Shown in pieces: positions 1 to 9,377 of a DNA stretch of 64,000 nucleotides (positions are counted from its first letter, which is position 1; every line of letters begins with the position of its first letter). The DNA lies in contig CAVOVB010000001.1 of the NCBI GenBank assembly GCA_963699755.1, positions 704,001-768,000 on the forward strand, given 5' to 3'. Under the pieces are notes generated by a model that was not told where the DNA came from, searched no databases, and was given only the letters and a program-made list of their open reading frames with translations. Made by a program: the position numbers and the translations under genes. This stretch comes from an uncultured delta proteobacterium. GTDB taxonomy: Bacteria > Myxococcota_A > Polyangia > Polyangiales > Houyiibacteriaceae.

Positions 1-676
1 GAGGCAGAGCGCCGTGCCGCTGGAGCTCAGGCAAGCCCACGAAGTCGGGTATGCGATCCATTTGGCTGTCCGCGTCGCCGATGTACAGCCCGTCGAGGTC
101 GAGAGGTTTGACGATTCGTTGCTCGATGAACTCCGACACCGTGAGGCCAGAAATGCGGCGAATCAGCTCGCCCACGAGCCAACCAAAGGTGAGCGCCTGA
201 TAGGCGTTGGCCGTGCCGGGGTGGAAGTCCGGCTCGATCTTGGCAAGGCGCGAGACGATGAGGTCCCAGTCGAGGATGTCGGTAAGCTGCTCCACGACAT
301 GGACGACCTTGTGAAGGCCTGCCTGGTGCGAAAGGACTTGCCGGACGGTGATCTCCTGCTTGCCATTGCAGCCGAACTCTGGCCAATAGTCGGCGACCGG
401 CGCCTCGTAGTCGATGAGACCTTCGGTCGCCAGCACGTGGATCGCGGTCGAGGTGATTCCTTTCGTGCCTGAGTAGCAGATCGACATCGTGTCTCGCTGC
501 CAGCGCGCGCCGTCTTTCCGCGCAGACCCCGCCCAGATGTCGACTACGGGCTTGCCTTCGATGAACACCGCCGCCGAGGCACCTCCGCCGTACTGCTTGA
601 TTTGCTTCCGCATCAGCTTCACGACCGGCTCGAATCGTGGCTCGTATGCGCCATATATCTCGATCTTCGTAGACAT
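1..676 (-). CDS. Serine hydrolase, beta-lactamase/EstA-type esterase family (partial, runs off left edge)
   Basis: Not in ORF track; hand translation from ATG 676: MSTKIEIYGAYEPRFEPVVKLMRKQIKQYGGGASAAVFIEGKPVVDIWAG..., catalytic SxxK in CYSGTKG; later RQLLSHEAGL and WPEFG motifs. Confidence 0.85.
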   Translation of the reverse strand, partial: MSTKIEIYGAYEPRFEPVVKLMRKQIKQYGGGASAAVFIEGKPVVDIWAGSARKDGARWQRDTMSICYSGTKGITSTAIHVLATEGLIDYEAPVADYWPEFGCNGKQEITVRQVLSHQAGLHKVVHVVEQLTDILDWDLIVSRLAKIEPDFHPGTANAYQALTFGWLVGELIRRISGLTVSEFIEQRIVKPLDLDGLYIGDADSQMDRIPDFVGLPELQRHGALP

Positions 677-703
677 CAGCTCCGTCCTGGGTAGCGCACC
701 GGG

Positions 704-1513
704 CTAGATCGGTCCAAAGAACGCCGCGGCGAAGTCCAATAGGAAGATCATGATCAGGCTCGCGGTGCACGCTGCGGCCGCCGTCATCGGCAGGCTCCAA
801 TTCTTGTTACGCTCCTCGTCGATCCAGCAAAAGATCGGGAAGCTCGCTACGAAGTAGAGCGAATAGAAAAGGGAGCCGTACGTGAGCATTCGCTCCAGGT
901 CCTTGTAGTAGAACTGGCTCTCCATCCAGGGGTTCGCCATGGCCTTGGTTTCCATCCAGGCCCAAAAATAGGCGATGCCGAGGACCAGGATCGGCCACGC
1001 CAGGGCGCCGCTCGGAATCCGGGAGGTGCGGATGCGCCTGAGGACGATGACCGCGGTCGTGTGATAGGTGAGAAAGTACGCCTGGGTGAGCAGATACATG
1101 ATCAACGGCACCCGTTGTTCTCCGGAGCCCACGAGCGCCGAATCGAGATTGAGCTCGATCATCGGGTAGTCGTAGACCATCCCGAGCACGTCGAAGAAGT
1201 ACTCGGTGCCGAAGTAGTTGGCCGCGAAGTTGAAGATCGCAATGTAGAGGTTCGCTTTGAACCAGTAGGTCTGGTACCAGCGTCGCCCGATGGGCTTCTC
1301 GTCGCGAATGAGGGCTGGGATCGCCGCCAGGGGCAGCGCGACGGCGACACCAATCGCCATGAAGCCCCACTCGCCCACACGATCGGTGACGCCGAGGCCC
1401 ATCACGAGCCCCATCATCGTCATCCAGACCGGCGAGTAGGCGAGGAAGAACCTCTCGCCCCAGGCCTTGCTGGGGTTTGCCGAGAACCAGCGCGGGACGA
1501 CAGCGCGCGTCAT
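704..1513 (-). CDS. Cycloeucalenol cycloisomerase (cyclopropylsterol isomerase, CPI1-like)
   Basis: Multi-TM protein with plant CPI1-like motifs as I recall them: NPSKAWGERFFL, YWFKANLYI, NYFGTEYFF, FLTYH, WMET, FYSLYFVASFP, LLDF...GPI; ATGA overlap with CYP51 stop. Confidence 0.88.
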   Translation of the reverse strand: MTRAVVPRWFSANPSKAWGERFFLAYSPVWMTMMGLVMGLGVTDRVGEWGFMAIGVAVALPLAAIPALIRDEKPIGRRWYQTYWFKANLYIAIFNFAANYFGTEYFFDVLGMVYDYPMIELNLDSALVGSGEQRVPLIMYLLTQAYFLTYHTTAVIVLRRIRTSRIPSGALAWPILVLGIAYFWAWMETKAMANPWMESQFYYKDLERMLTYGSLFYSLYFVASFPIFCWIDEERNKNWSLPMTAAAACTASLIMIFLLDFAAAFFGPI

Positions 1514-2889
1514 GCGGCCCGGCGGCGATATCGAATCCGAATGGGCGGCTTGGGCCCGAGGACCAGGCCCTGGAAGTCGGTTTCAATCGGATCGCCAGCG
1601 AGCTCGAAATCATAGCGATTGAGCAAGACCGCGATGATCGTTTTGATCTGCAAGATCGCGAAGGCGTTCCCCATGCACTTGTGTCGACCACCGCCAAAAG
1701 AGATGTACGCGAACGGGCGCTTGTCCTCTTCGCGTCCGGGGCCGTAGCGGTCCGGATCGTACTCGAGTGCGTTCTTGAACACTTCCTCGTCCCGATGCGC
1801 AATCATCGGCGAGACCGCCACCCAGTTCCCCTTCTTCACCCGATAACCCAAGATTTCGCAGTCCTCGAGCGCCGCTCGGAGAAGGATGAAGAGCGGCGGA
1901 TGGATGCGGAGGGCCTCTTTCACGGCGCCTTCGGTCTTCTCGAGGTCGCGAAGAGACTCGAAGCTGTATTGCTCGGCGTCCGCGTAGCGCGCGTGGATTT
2001 CGCGTTGCACTTCCTCGAGGAAGCGCGGGTGCCTCAGGAGCTCGACTAGGGTCCAGGCGGTCGTGACGGAGCTCGTGTGGTGCCCGGCAAACATGGCAGC
2101 GACGAGCATACCGGTGATCTCGTGGTCGCTGAGCTTGCTCCCATCCGAGTACTCCGCGTCCATCAGCGTCTGCAAGAAGTCTTCGCCCCGGTAGCCGGAC
2201 TGCTTTCGCTTCTCGACGATTTCGGAAACCATCTCCCCAAGCCGGGCGCGCGCCCTGTCCCGACGCCGAAAAGCAGGGAGCGGTAAGTACGGATGGATAT
2301 AGCCCCAGGCGACGATGCCTCGCTCGAGATCGTAGTAGACCTTCGAGAACTCCGCGCTCATCTCATTGCGGAACTCTTTGCCGAGCAGGCAGCTGCTCGA
2401 CGTGTAATTGGTGAGCATGCCGAAGAATTGGCTCGCCTCGATCTCGCCTTGCTCGCCCCAGTCGGCAAGAACGTCTAGGGTCTCTTTGGCCACGATTTCG
2501 GTGTAGGTGCGCATGCGATTGTTGCGCAGCGCCGGGTAGAGCATGTGCATCTGCTCTGCCATTTTCGCGGGCTCGGCTCCGTAGGCGACCCCCTCGCCAA
2601 AGACGGGAACCATCATCTTGTAGGCCGCGTTAGGACTGAGGACTTCGTCGGGCTGCCTGAACAGGGCCTCGTGCGCCGCCGGTCCGGTGAAGAGAATCAT
2701 GTCCTTGCCGAAGAGCTTGAATCGACCGACCCGCCCACACTCGTCGTAGGTCCGCTGGAGCAAGCCGATCGTGTCCTTCACGAAGGCCATGGTGTGACCG
2801 ACCAGCGGAAGCCCGCCCTTGAGCTTGGGAGGCCTCTTGAGCTTGCCGGCGGTCATGGTCGTAGTGGCGCTCTGTGCTCTTGCTGTCAC
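1510..2889 (-). CDS. cyp51: Sterol 14-alpha-demethylase cytochrome P450
   Basis: AYKMMVPVFGEGVAY (SRS1), I-helix MFAGHHTSS, EALR, haem motif FGGGRHKCMG; AGGAG upstream of GTG. Confidence 0.92.
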   Translation of the reverse strand: MTARAQSATTTMTAGKLKRPPKLKGGLPLVGHTMAFVKDTIGLLQRTYDECGRVGRFKLFGKDMILFTGPAAHEALFRQPDEVLSPNAAYKMMVPVFGEGVAYGAEPAKMAEQMHMLYPALRNNRMRTYTEIVAKETLDVLADWGEQGEIEASQFFGMLTNYTSSSCLLGKEFRNEMSAEFSKVYYDLERGIVAWGYIHPYLPLPAFRRRDRARARLGEMVSEIVEKRKQSGYRGEDFLQTLMDAEYSDGSKLSDHEITGMLVAAMFAGHHTSSVTTAWTLVELLRHPRFLEEVQREIHARYADAEQYSFESLRDLEKTEGAVKEALRIHPPLFILLRAALEDCEILGYRVKKGNWVAVSPMIAHRDEEVFKNALEYDPDRYGPGREEDKRPFAYISFGGGRHKCMGNAFAILQIKTIIAVLLNRYDFELAGDPIETDFQGLVLGPKPPIRIRYRRRAA

Positions 2890-2938
2890 CCTGGGCTCCT
2901 AGTCGGTCGCATGGTATCTGGGAACGGAAGGAGCTCCA

Positions 2939-3130
2939 ATGCGAATCAAAGCGGATTTCGATCTTTGCAAGGGACACGCCAACTGCATGGGCGAAGCCCC
3001 CGAGGTCTTTGAGGTGGATGACAATGGCTACCTCAACATACTTCAGGAAGAGCCGCCCGAAGAGCTGCGCGAACAAGTCGAGCTCGCGGTCAAGCACTGT
3101 CCCACGGGCGCCCTCAGCCTCGAAGGCTGA
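2939..3130 (+). CDS. Ferredoxin, 3Fe-4S type, likely P450 redox partner
   Basis: 63 aa, CKGHANC...CPTGAL (CxxHxxC...CP); GGAG RBS; divergent from cyp51. Confidence 0.9.
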   Translation: MRIKADFDLCKGHANCMGEAPEVFEVDDNGYLNILQEEPPEELREQVELAVKHCPTGALSLEG

Positions 3131-3231
3131 GCTGTCATTCCCACGGCTTGATGTGCTCGGTCATCAACTGGTAGCTGCTGTGTTGGAGGTACGCGGCTGA
3201 GATGAACTCGGGATGGGAAAGGCTCGCCTGA

Positions 3232-4035
3232 CTAGCGGGACCGACAAGGGCCTTCCCCAGGCGGAGGGCACTCAGCGACGGCCAACCAGTCCATGGTGAG
3301 AGCGACGCCCACATGAATCAGGACCCCTCCCCAGATGGAGCGGGTGCGCATTGCTAGCGTCCCGAGGGCAATCCCCGCAAGAATTGCGCCGAGGGTTTCG
3401 GGCAGTGGCTTTGGGTAGTGAATCATGCAGTAGGGCACGATCATCACGTAGATGGCGCCATAGCCGAACTTGTGCCGGAGCCCGTTGAGCATGTAGCCGC
3501 GAAAGAAAAACTCGAGGGCGAGGAATTGAACCGTATAGAGCAGCTGCCACGAGAGGAAGTGGGCGACCGACTGATTGGCGTACTTATAGAAGGGATAGGT
3601 GCGAAGAAATTGCTCTTGCTGCGCGACGAGCAGCACGAAAGGGAGCACGAGTAGATAGAGCCCAACGTAAATCCAAAGGTGGCGGCCGAAGCCGCGGAAA
3701 GAGATGTAGTAGTCGCGAATGCGCTCGCCTGGCATCAAGAGGATGGTCAGCCCTGGGATCAGCACGTAGGTCACAATTCGAACGCCCGACCACCAGGCCC
3801 TGGCCATCAAGTCCCATTCCGCGCGTGAATGAACCTTTGGGTCGTACGGAACGAGGTCGGAGAATGTCGCGTTGCCGCCGAAATACCGCGCGAGCGTTAG
3901 CACGACGGCGGTCGTGACGAGCACGACGATCGGTCGCCAATCGAGTCGCTCGGCACGGGCGGTGTCCGCCTCCGCGTCAGCCTGACGCCAAGAATCCAAG
4001 AAGACGCGCTGAAAAAACCCCTCTATCCCATCCAT
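3232..4035 (-). CDS. CPBP (type II CAAX) family intramembrane protease
   Basis: [23 protein letters not shown]; multiple TM helices. Confidence 0.85.
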   Translation of the reverse strand: MDGIEGFFQRVFLDSWRQADAEADTARAERLDWRPIVVLVTTAVVLTLARYFGGNATFSDLVPYDPKVHSRAEWDLMARAWWSGVRIVTYVLIPGLTILLMPGERIRDYYISFRGFGRHLWIYVGLYLLVLPFVLLVAQQEQFLRTYPFYKYANQSVAHFLSWQLLYTVQFLALEFFFRGYMLNGLRHKFGYGAIYVMIVPYCMIHYPKPLPETLGAILAGIALGTLAMRTRSIWGGVLIHVGVALTMDWLAVAECPPPGEGPCRSR

Positions 4036-4093
4036 CGAAGCGCGGGACTATAACCGATGGACGATGTCGATTGTAGGCTAAGCTCTGGGACGG

Positions 4094-5074
4094 ATGGCAT
4101 CTGCCGTGAACAATCGACTGACTACCCTGATCGTGCTGACTACGCTGGCGATCTGCGCGCTCTTTTGTGCTCAAGGAGCGACCGCTCTGCTTGCCGAAAG
4201 GACGCTGGGCGCCGAAGAGGAGGCCAGCCCAGCCCCTCCCGGCAAGGCCGTGGCGCCCGCTCGGACTCAACGCAAACGCGATCCGGTCGTCATCCTGAAG
4301 CGCAATATCTTCGACTCTGCGCTGGGCGACCTGTCCAGCGTCCCCAGCCAGGAACCGGCGCTGGCCTTGGAAGACTTGCCAGCAGAAGACGTGGAAACCC
4401 TTTGCACTGGAGAGATGCGGGTGATCGGTACGGTAGTGATTCCCGGCGATCTCGAACGCTCGCTCGCCGCCATCGTAGGCACAGACAAGAAGGCGGGCCT
4501 GCACTACGGCGGGACCGAGGTCGAAGGCTCCAGGATTCGTGCAATTCATTCCGACGCGGTGGTGCTTCAGAGCAAGAGCGGCCTGTGTCGCCTCGCCATG
4601 TTCCAGGTTGCTGGTTCGACCAACAAGCCCGTGTTCAGGGGCGCGTCGGAGCCCAAGGAAGTCAAACAGAAGAATGTCAGGAACGCCGCGATTACGGATC
4701 GCAACGCCGGCCTGACCAACGAAGAGATGAACGAGGGCATCGAGCGCGTCAACGACAACAACTTCAATCTCTCGCGGACGATGCTCAACAAAGTGCTCGA
4801 CAATGCTGGCAAGATCATCGGTATTGCCGCGGTCTCGCCCAAAATCGAAAACGGAGAGTCGATCGGCATGGAGATTCGAGGCATTCGTCCCTACACGCTT
4901 CTCACCAAGATCGGCATCCAGAACGGCGACATCCTCGAGAGCGTCAACGGCCAATCTCTGAGCAGCCCCGATGCGGCACTCGGCGCCTACACGACCCTGC
5001 GAACGGCCGACAAGTTCACTCTTTCGGTTCGGCGCGGCGGCCAATCGATGATGATCAACTACAACCTCCAATGA
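4094..5074 (+). CDS. gspC: Type II secretion system protein C (PDZ-containing)
   Basis: N-terminal TM, KRNIFDS, HR domain (IGTVV...SLAAI), C-terminal PDZ (KIGIQNGDILESVNG...VRRGGQ). Confidence 0.85.
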   Translation: MASAVNNRLTTLIVLTTLAICALFCAQGATALLAERTLGAEEEASPAPPGKAVAPARTQRKRDPVVILKRNIFDSALGDLSSVPSQEPALALEDLPAEDVETLCTGEMRVIGTVVIPGDLERSLAAIVGTDKKAGLHYGGTEVEGSRIRAIHSDAVVLQSKSGLCRLAMFQVAGSTNKPVFRGASEPKEVKQKNVRNAAITDRNAGLTNEEMNEGIERVNDNNFNLSRTMLNKVLDNAGKIIGIAAVSPKIENGESIGMEIRGIRPYTLLTKIGIQNGDILESVNGQSLSSPDAALGAYTTLRTADKFTLSVRRGGQSMMINYNLQ

Positions 5075-5095
5075 GCGAGGCGCCGGAAAGCTAAG

Positions 5096-8000
5096 TCAGG
5101 ACGGTTTTGGAGGCACCGTTAGCGCAGCCGGCAGTGAACGAACGTGCAAGTCCCGCTGTGGGAAAGCGATTTCGATGCCGGCCTCGCGGAACGCCTTGTC
5201 GATGGCCATGTGCAGATCGTGTCGCGCCATGAACATCTGCTCCGCGCTGCGCACGAAGACTCGGAGCTCGAAGGAGAGCGAGCTGTCGCCAAAGGCGTTG
5301 AAGAGAACGTGAGGGCGCGGGTCTCTCAAGACACGCCATGACTCTTTGGCCACCCGTTCCAGGACCTCGATGGCTAACTTCGTGTCCGAGCCATACGCGA
5401 TACCGACTGGAATCGAGAGGCGCAAGACCGAGTCCGACAGCGTCCAGTTGATCAGTTGGCCCGTCACGAACTCTTTGTTGGGCACCAGGAGCTCTTTTCG
5501 ATCGAACGCGGTGATCCAGGTCGCACGGGTTCGGATTCTCGACACGGTTCCACTGACTTCGCCGATGGTGACGACATCGCCCACTCGAATCGGGCGTTCG
5601 AACAAGATGATCAGCCCGGAAACGAAATTCGCGAAAATCTCTTGAAGACCGAAACCGAGGCCCACGCCGATGGCAGCGACCAGCCATTGAATGCTCGACC
5701 AGCCAACGCCGATGGCATCGAATGCAAGCCCCAGGCCCGCCAAGACCACGGCATACTTCGCGATGGTGGAATAGGCATAGCGTACGCCGTGATCCAATCC
5801 GCGAAACAGGGTGGCTTCAAGCAAACCGGGAACGGCGCGCATGAAGACCACAGTCAGCAAGATGATGAAAACGGATCGGATGAGCTCTGCGAGTGTGATC
5901 GCGACCAGTCGCTCGTCGGTGGAGAAATGTTCGACCCCGGACGGGTCGAGCTCGGAGACCGTAACTTTCTGGGTGACACTCCAGAGCTCGACCTGCTGAA
6001 GAATTCGTGTCGCCGGCAAGAGGTCGGCCCAGACGGCGAGCAATCCGAGAACGACGATCAGAATCCCAGTGCCGATCATCAGGCGGCTGAGCTGCATCGT
6101 CGGCGTCGGCCTTGCGGTGACGTCCGAAGGCTCGTCGTCTTCGAGGGCAGCGTGGCGCCCGGACACCATGGTCCAGCGGGCGTAGAGTTGAACGCCGAAT
6201 GCGACGAAAAAGACGAGAACGGCAGATAGGTGCAAGCGAATGGCCAGCTGGAGGGCAGTCCAGTAAAAGCCGTAGAGTGCTCCAAAGACGAGTCCGAACG
6301 GCAGCAGCACCGAGGAAATCTGGAGCACCCGCCAGAGCCAGGGACGACTGGGCTCGCCTCCGTGCAGCACCTGGGTCACGGGGCCGTCTGATCGCAAGGC
6401 CAGATAGTTGAACGCGGCGACGGCGAGCATCGACAAGGAGAACGTCACTCGGCCGACCGATTCGCGCCAAAGGTCCTCGCCACGTGCCTCGAAAACGAAG
6501 ATGATGAAGACAGCAGGCACGGTCAGGGCCAAAAACCAGCGAAGGTTTCGCCACAAAGACTGCGCGGCGCTGGCTGGCCATTCACAATGCCCAACGGCGA
6601 TTCCTTCCGGACGAACAAGAGATCGGCATAGGCGGATGGTCGCCCAAAACGCTGAGGCGATCAGCAAACCGTATGCAAAACAGCGAGTGAACTGGGTAGC
6701 CGCCGGAGACAGGCCGAGACGCCACCCCAGATACGCGAAGACCGCAGGTAACCACAGTGCCAACGCAAGCGTAAGCAGAAAGGCTTCTATCGTGGGAGCC
6801 AAGGTCGCGCAGTCGGGTCTGCGTGCCGTTTCGGCGAGAACCTGGAGTCGCCGCCTGGCTCGCCGCGCCAAGGGAACGAACACGATGACCAGGATCAAGA
6901 CGAGAAGATTGACGGGCCAGAACTTGGTCGCTGTTTCTCGAAACGCCCTGCCGAGCTGCGCCCAATACTGCGGGCTCACTAGCCAAGTCACCGCATCGCG
7001 CCCGTCGGAGACAAGCTCGGGCTGCACCGCTTTGCCGCTCGGAATCCAAAGGATGCGTTCGTCGATGTAGTCGAGAAGGTCCTTCGTGCGATCGATGAGC
7101 TCCCGCTGGCTCGCATCGAAATCGACGAGCTTCTGAAAGTAGGTCTCGTAGTCGTCGATGAGCGCGTCCATGTACCTGCGCTGGGTCTCAAAGAGTTGCC
7201 GCAGGAGCTGCTCGACCTCTCGACGGGCCTCGGGCGAGAGAGGCTCGTCGACCGAACCCATGACCTCGCCGACTAGCGAATCGATATCAGCGAGCGCCTG
7301 CCGTTGCTCACGAAGCTTGATCTGCTGAAGCTGCACGTCGCCGATCTGCTCCTGGCGCATGCGAATGAACCGCTGGTACATGCCGATGTCGGGTGCTTCG
7401 GCTCGATGCTGCCGAAGCAGGGCGCCGACCGAATCCGCGAGACCGACCGCCTCGACGCGCGCTGCGAGCCCAACGAGCTCGGACTCGATTTCCGCAATCT
7501 TGGCCACGGCTCGCGCGAGCTTGTCGCTGACATCTTCGATCTGACGGTGGAGCCCGCCGTCGCCGGTCCAAACGGAAGCCAATGCCTCGTTTCGCCGATA
7601 GAGCTCTTCGAGTCTTTGCTTGAAGCCTTCAGGTAGAGCGGTCAGCTCCTTCAAGAGCTTTTTCGCTGCCTCGTTCTCGCTCTCGACCTTGAGCAGCTCC
7701 ACGCGTTGCATCGCTTCGCGGAGCTTGGTGCTCGAAGCTTGATAGTATGCGATTCGCAAGGTCGCTCTGTCCCGACGCTTGGCGAGCAGCGCACCGCGGA
7801 CATCGTAGCTCGCGAGCTCGTTCTGATACGCCTCGATCTCCGCTAGCAGCGCTTGCCGCCTCAGCGAGCCGATTTCGGAAAACGCCTCCATTTCCGGCGC
7901 ATCGCTGCCCGCCGCGATGGGCGTGCTTTCGAGATCTCGAAGCCGCTGCTTCGCGATCAGAAGCAACTCGGGGACCCTTCTACGCCGCTCCGCCCGGGCC

Positions 8001-8401
8001 TCGGATTCCGCATCGAGCTCGGTGGCCTCGCGTCGCGCCGCCGCGAGATCCTGCTCCGCCTCCAGCAGCTGGGCGGCGAGCTGAGCCGCGGTCGCGCCCT
8101 CCTGCACCTCGATTGCCTTCCGCTCTTGAAGGCGTGCGACCTCTTGGTCGATGATCTCGGAGCGGGCTTGTGCCTCTTCCCCCGCGCGCTGGTACTCCGC
8201 AGCCGTGGCCTGCCAGCTCTGGAGTCTGGCGCGCAGCTCCTGTATCTTTGGATCGGTCTCGAGCGGCTCCGGCGGCGTCTCGCGCGGACCTGCGTCCTCG
8301 GCGGGCGGGAGCAGCGGGCTCGTTTGAGCCACCGCCGAAGATCCAGCAAGACCAAAGCCGGTGACGATGGTTAGCCACAGCGGTGTGCTTCGTCGGCTCA
8401 T
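5096..8401 (-). CDS. MscK/KefA-like large mechanosensitive channel (MscS family)
   Basis: Start re-called at ATG 8401 (MSRRSTPLW, signal peptide; ATGA overlap with tesB); long coiled coil, TM region, GLGFGLQEIFANFVSGLIILFERPIRVGD, IAFPQRDLH. Confidence 0.88.
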   Translation of the reverse strand: MSRRSTPLWLTIVTGFGLAGSSAVAQTSPLLPPAEDAGPRETPPEPLETDPKIQELRARLQSWQATAAEYQRAGEEAQARSEIIDQEVARLQERKAIEVQEGATAAQLAAQLLEAEQDLAAARREATELDAESEARAERRRRVPELLLIAKQRLRDLESTPIAAGSDAPEMEAFSEIGSLRRQALLAEIEAYQNELASYDVRGALLAKRRDRATLRIAYYQASSTKLREAMQRVELLKVESENEAAKKLLKELTALPEGFKQRLEELYRRNEALASVWTGDGGLHRQIEDVSDKLARAVAKIAEIESELVGLAARVEAVGLADSVGALLRQHRAEAPDIGMYQRFIRMRQEQIGDVQLQQIKLREQRQALADIDSLVGEVMGSVDEPLSPEARREVEQLLRQLFETQRRYMDALIDDYETYFQKLVDFDASQRELIDRTKDLLDYIDERILWIPSGKAVQPELVSDGRDAVTWLVSPQYWAQLGRAFRETATKFWPVNLLVLILVIVFVPLARRARRRLQVLAETARRPDCATLAPTIEAFLLTLALALWLPAVFAYLGWRLGLSPAATQFTRCFAYGLLIASAFWATIRLCRSLVRPEGIAVGHCEWPASAAQSLWRNLRWFLALTVPAVFIIFVFEARGEDLWRESVGRVTFSLSMLAVAAFNYLALRSDGPVTQVLHGGEPSRPWLWRVLQISSVLLPFGLVFGALYGFYWTALQLAIRLHLSAVLVFFVAFGVQLYARWTMVSGRHAALEDDEPSDVTARPTPTMQLSRLMIGTGILIVVLGLLAVWADLLPATRILQQVELWSVTQKVTVSELDPSGVEHFSTDERLVAITLAELIRSVFIILLTVVFMRAVPGLLEATLFRGLDHGVRYAYSTIAKYAVVLAGLGLAFDAIGVGWSSIQWLVAAIGVGLGFGLQEIFANFVSGLIILFERPIRVGDVVTIGEVSGTVSRIRTRATWITAFDRKELLVPNKEFVTGQLINWTLSDSVLRLSIPVGIAYGSDTKLAIEVLERVAKESWRVLRDPRPHVLFNAFGDSSLSFELRVFVRSAEQMFMARHDLHMAIDKAFREAGIEIAFPQRDLHVRSLPAALTVPPKPS

Positions 8402-9264
8402 CGCTGATTCCGGTTTCGCATCAGGCCCTCCTGCGCGACCGAGGCGACGAGCGCTCCGTTCCTGGAGTAAATCCGACCGAAGTTGAGTCCGCGCCCTCCG
8501 CCGGTACGTGGGCTCTCGGTCACGTAGAGCATCCACTCGTCTGCGCGACACGCTTGGTGGAACCAGATCGCATGGTCCAGGCTGGCGAGGATGAGCTTGT
8601 CGGTCAGGAAGCTGTGACCGTGCTGGGCGAACGAGGCTTCGAGCAGTCCGTAGTCGCTGGCGTAGGCAAGGACCGCCTGATGAATCACCGCGTCTTGGTC
8701 GTCGAGCATACCAGTCGCACGAAACCAAGTTCGGTGGATGCCAGTACTCGGCTTGGGGTCGAGCAGATCGACGTGATCCACTTCGCGTCGCTCGATGGGC
8801 CGGTCGAGCATCAAGAGGAAATCGATCGCCGGATGGTCCGAGCGATCTTTGTAGGCGCGCAATCGCTCTACGTTCGTGGGCACCATCTCCGGTGGTGGAG
8901 CATCGGGCATCTGCGTCTGGTGTTCGAGGCCGCCTTCCGGTACCTGGAACGAAACCGACAGGTTGAAAATCGCTTTGCCGTGCTGCTTGGCGACGACACG
9001 CCGAGTCGCAAACGAGCGCCCGTCGCGAATGCGGTCGACGTGATAGATGACGGGTACCGAGGTGTCGCCCTCACGAAGGAAGTAGCCGTGCAGCGAATGC
9101 GCCACCCGACCCTCGACCGTCCGGCACGCCGCGATCAACGACTGCGCCGCGACTAGGCCACCGAAGATTCTCGGCCGGCCGTCGTGCGCGCTCGAGCCGC
9201 GAAAGAGATCGTCGTCGAGTCGCTCGAGATCGAGTCGCTCGAGAAGGCCGGTGAGCTTTGACAC
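8398..9264 (-). CDS. tesB: Acyl-CoA thioesterase II
   Basis: IFGGLVAAQ, HSLHGYF, RDGRSFATRRV, LAYASD, ASLDHAIWFH, AQEGLMR. Confidence 0.93.
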   Translation of the reverse strand: MSKLTGLLERLDLERLDDDLFRGSSAHDGRPRIFGGLVAAQSLIAACRTVEGRVAHSLHGYFLREGDTSVPVIYHVDRIRDGRSFATRRVVAKQHGKAIFNLSVSFQVPEGGLEHQTQMPDAPPPEMVPTNVERLRAYKDRSDHPAIDFLLMLDRPIERREVDHVDLLDPKPSTGIHRTWFRATGMLDDQDAVIHQAVLAYASDYGLLEASFAQHGHSFLTDKLILASLDHAIWFHQACRADEWMLYVTESPRTGGGRGLNFGRIYSRNGALVASVAQEGLMRNRNQR

Positions 9265-9377
9265 CCGGGTGAATTAGCACGGGATTTCCGCGATGTAGCC
9301 TTTCGATCTGTACCTTCATGAGCCCCTTGACACCTACACCCTTTAGGCTGCAATAATGCTCCACTAGGGTTAAATCT

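Noticed and set aside
8402..8728. N-terminal extension of the MscK-like ORF (similar cases for LLM, amine oxidase, rfbC, lgt)
   Set aside because: Overlaps the neighbouring gene; downstream starts with signal peptides or stop/start overlaps fit better.
9327..9357. Sigma-70 promoter with TTGACA before DUF1592 copy 1
   Set aside because: The best -10 (AATAAT) is 19 bp away; too weak to call.
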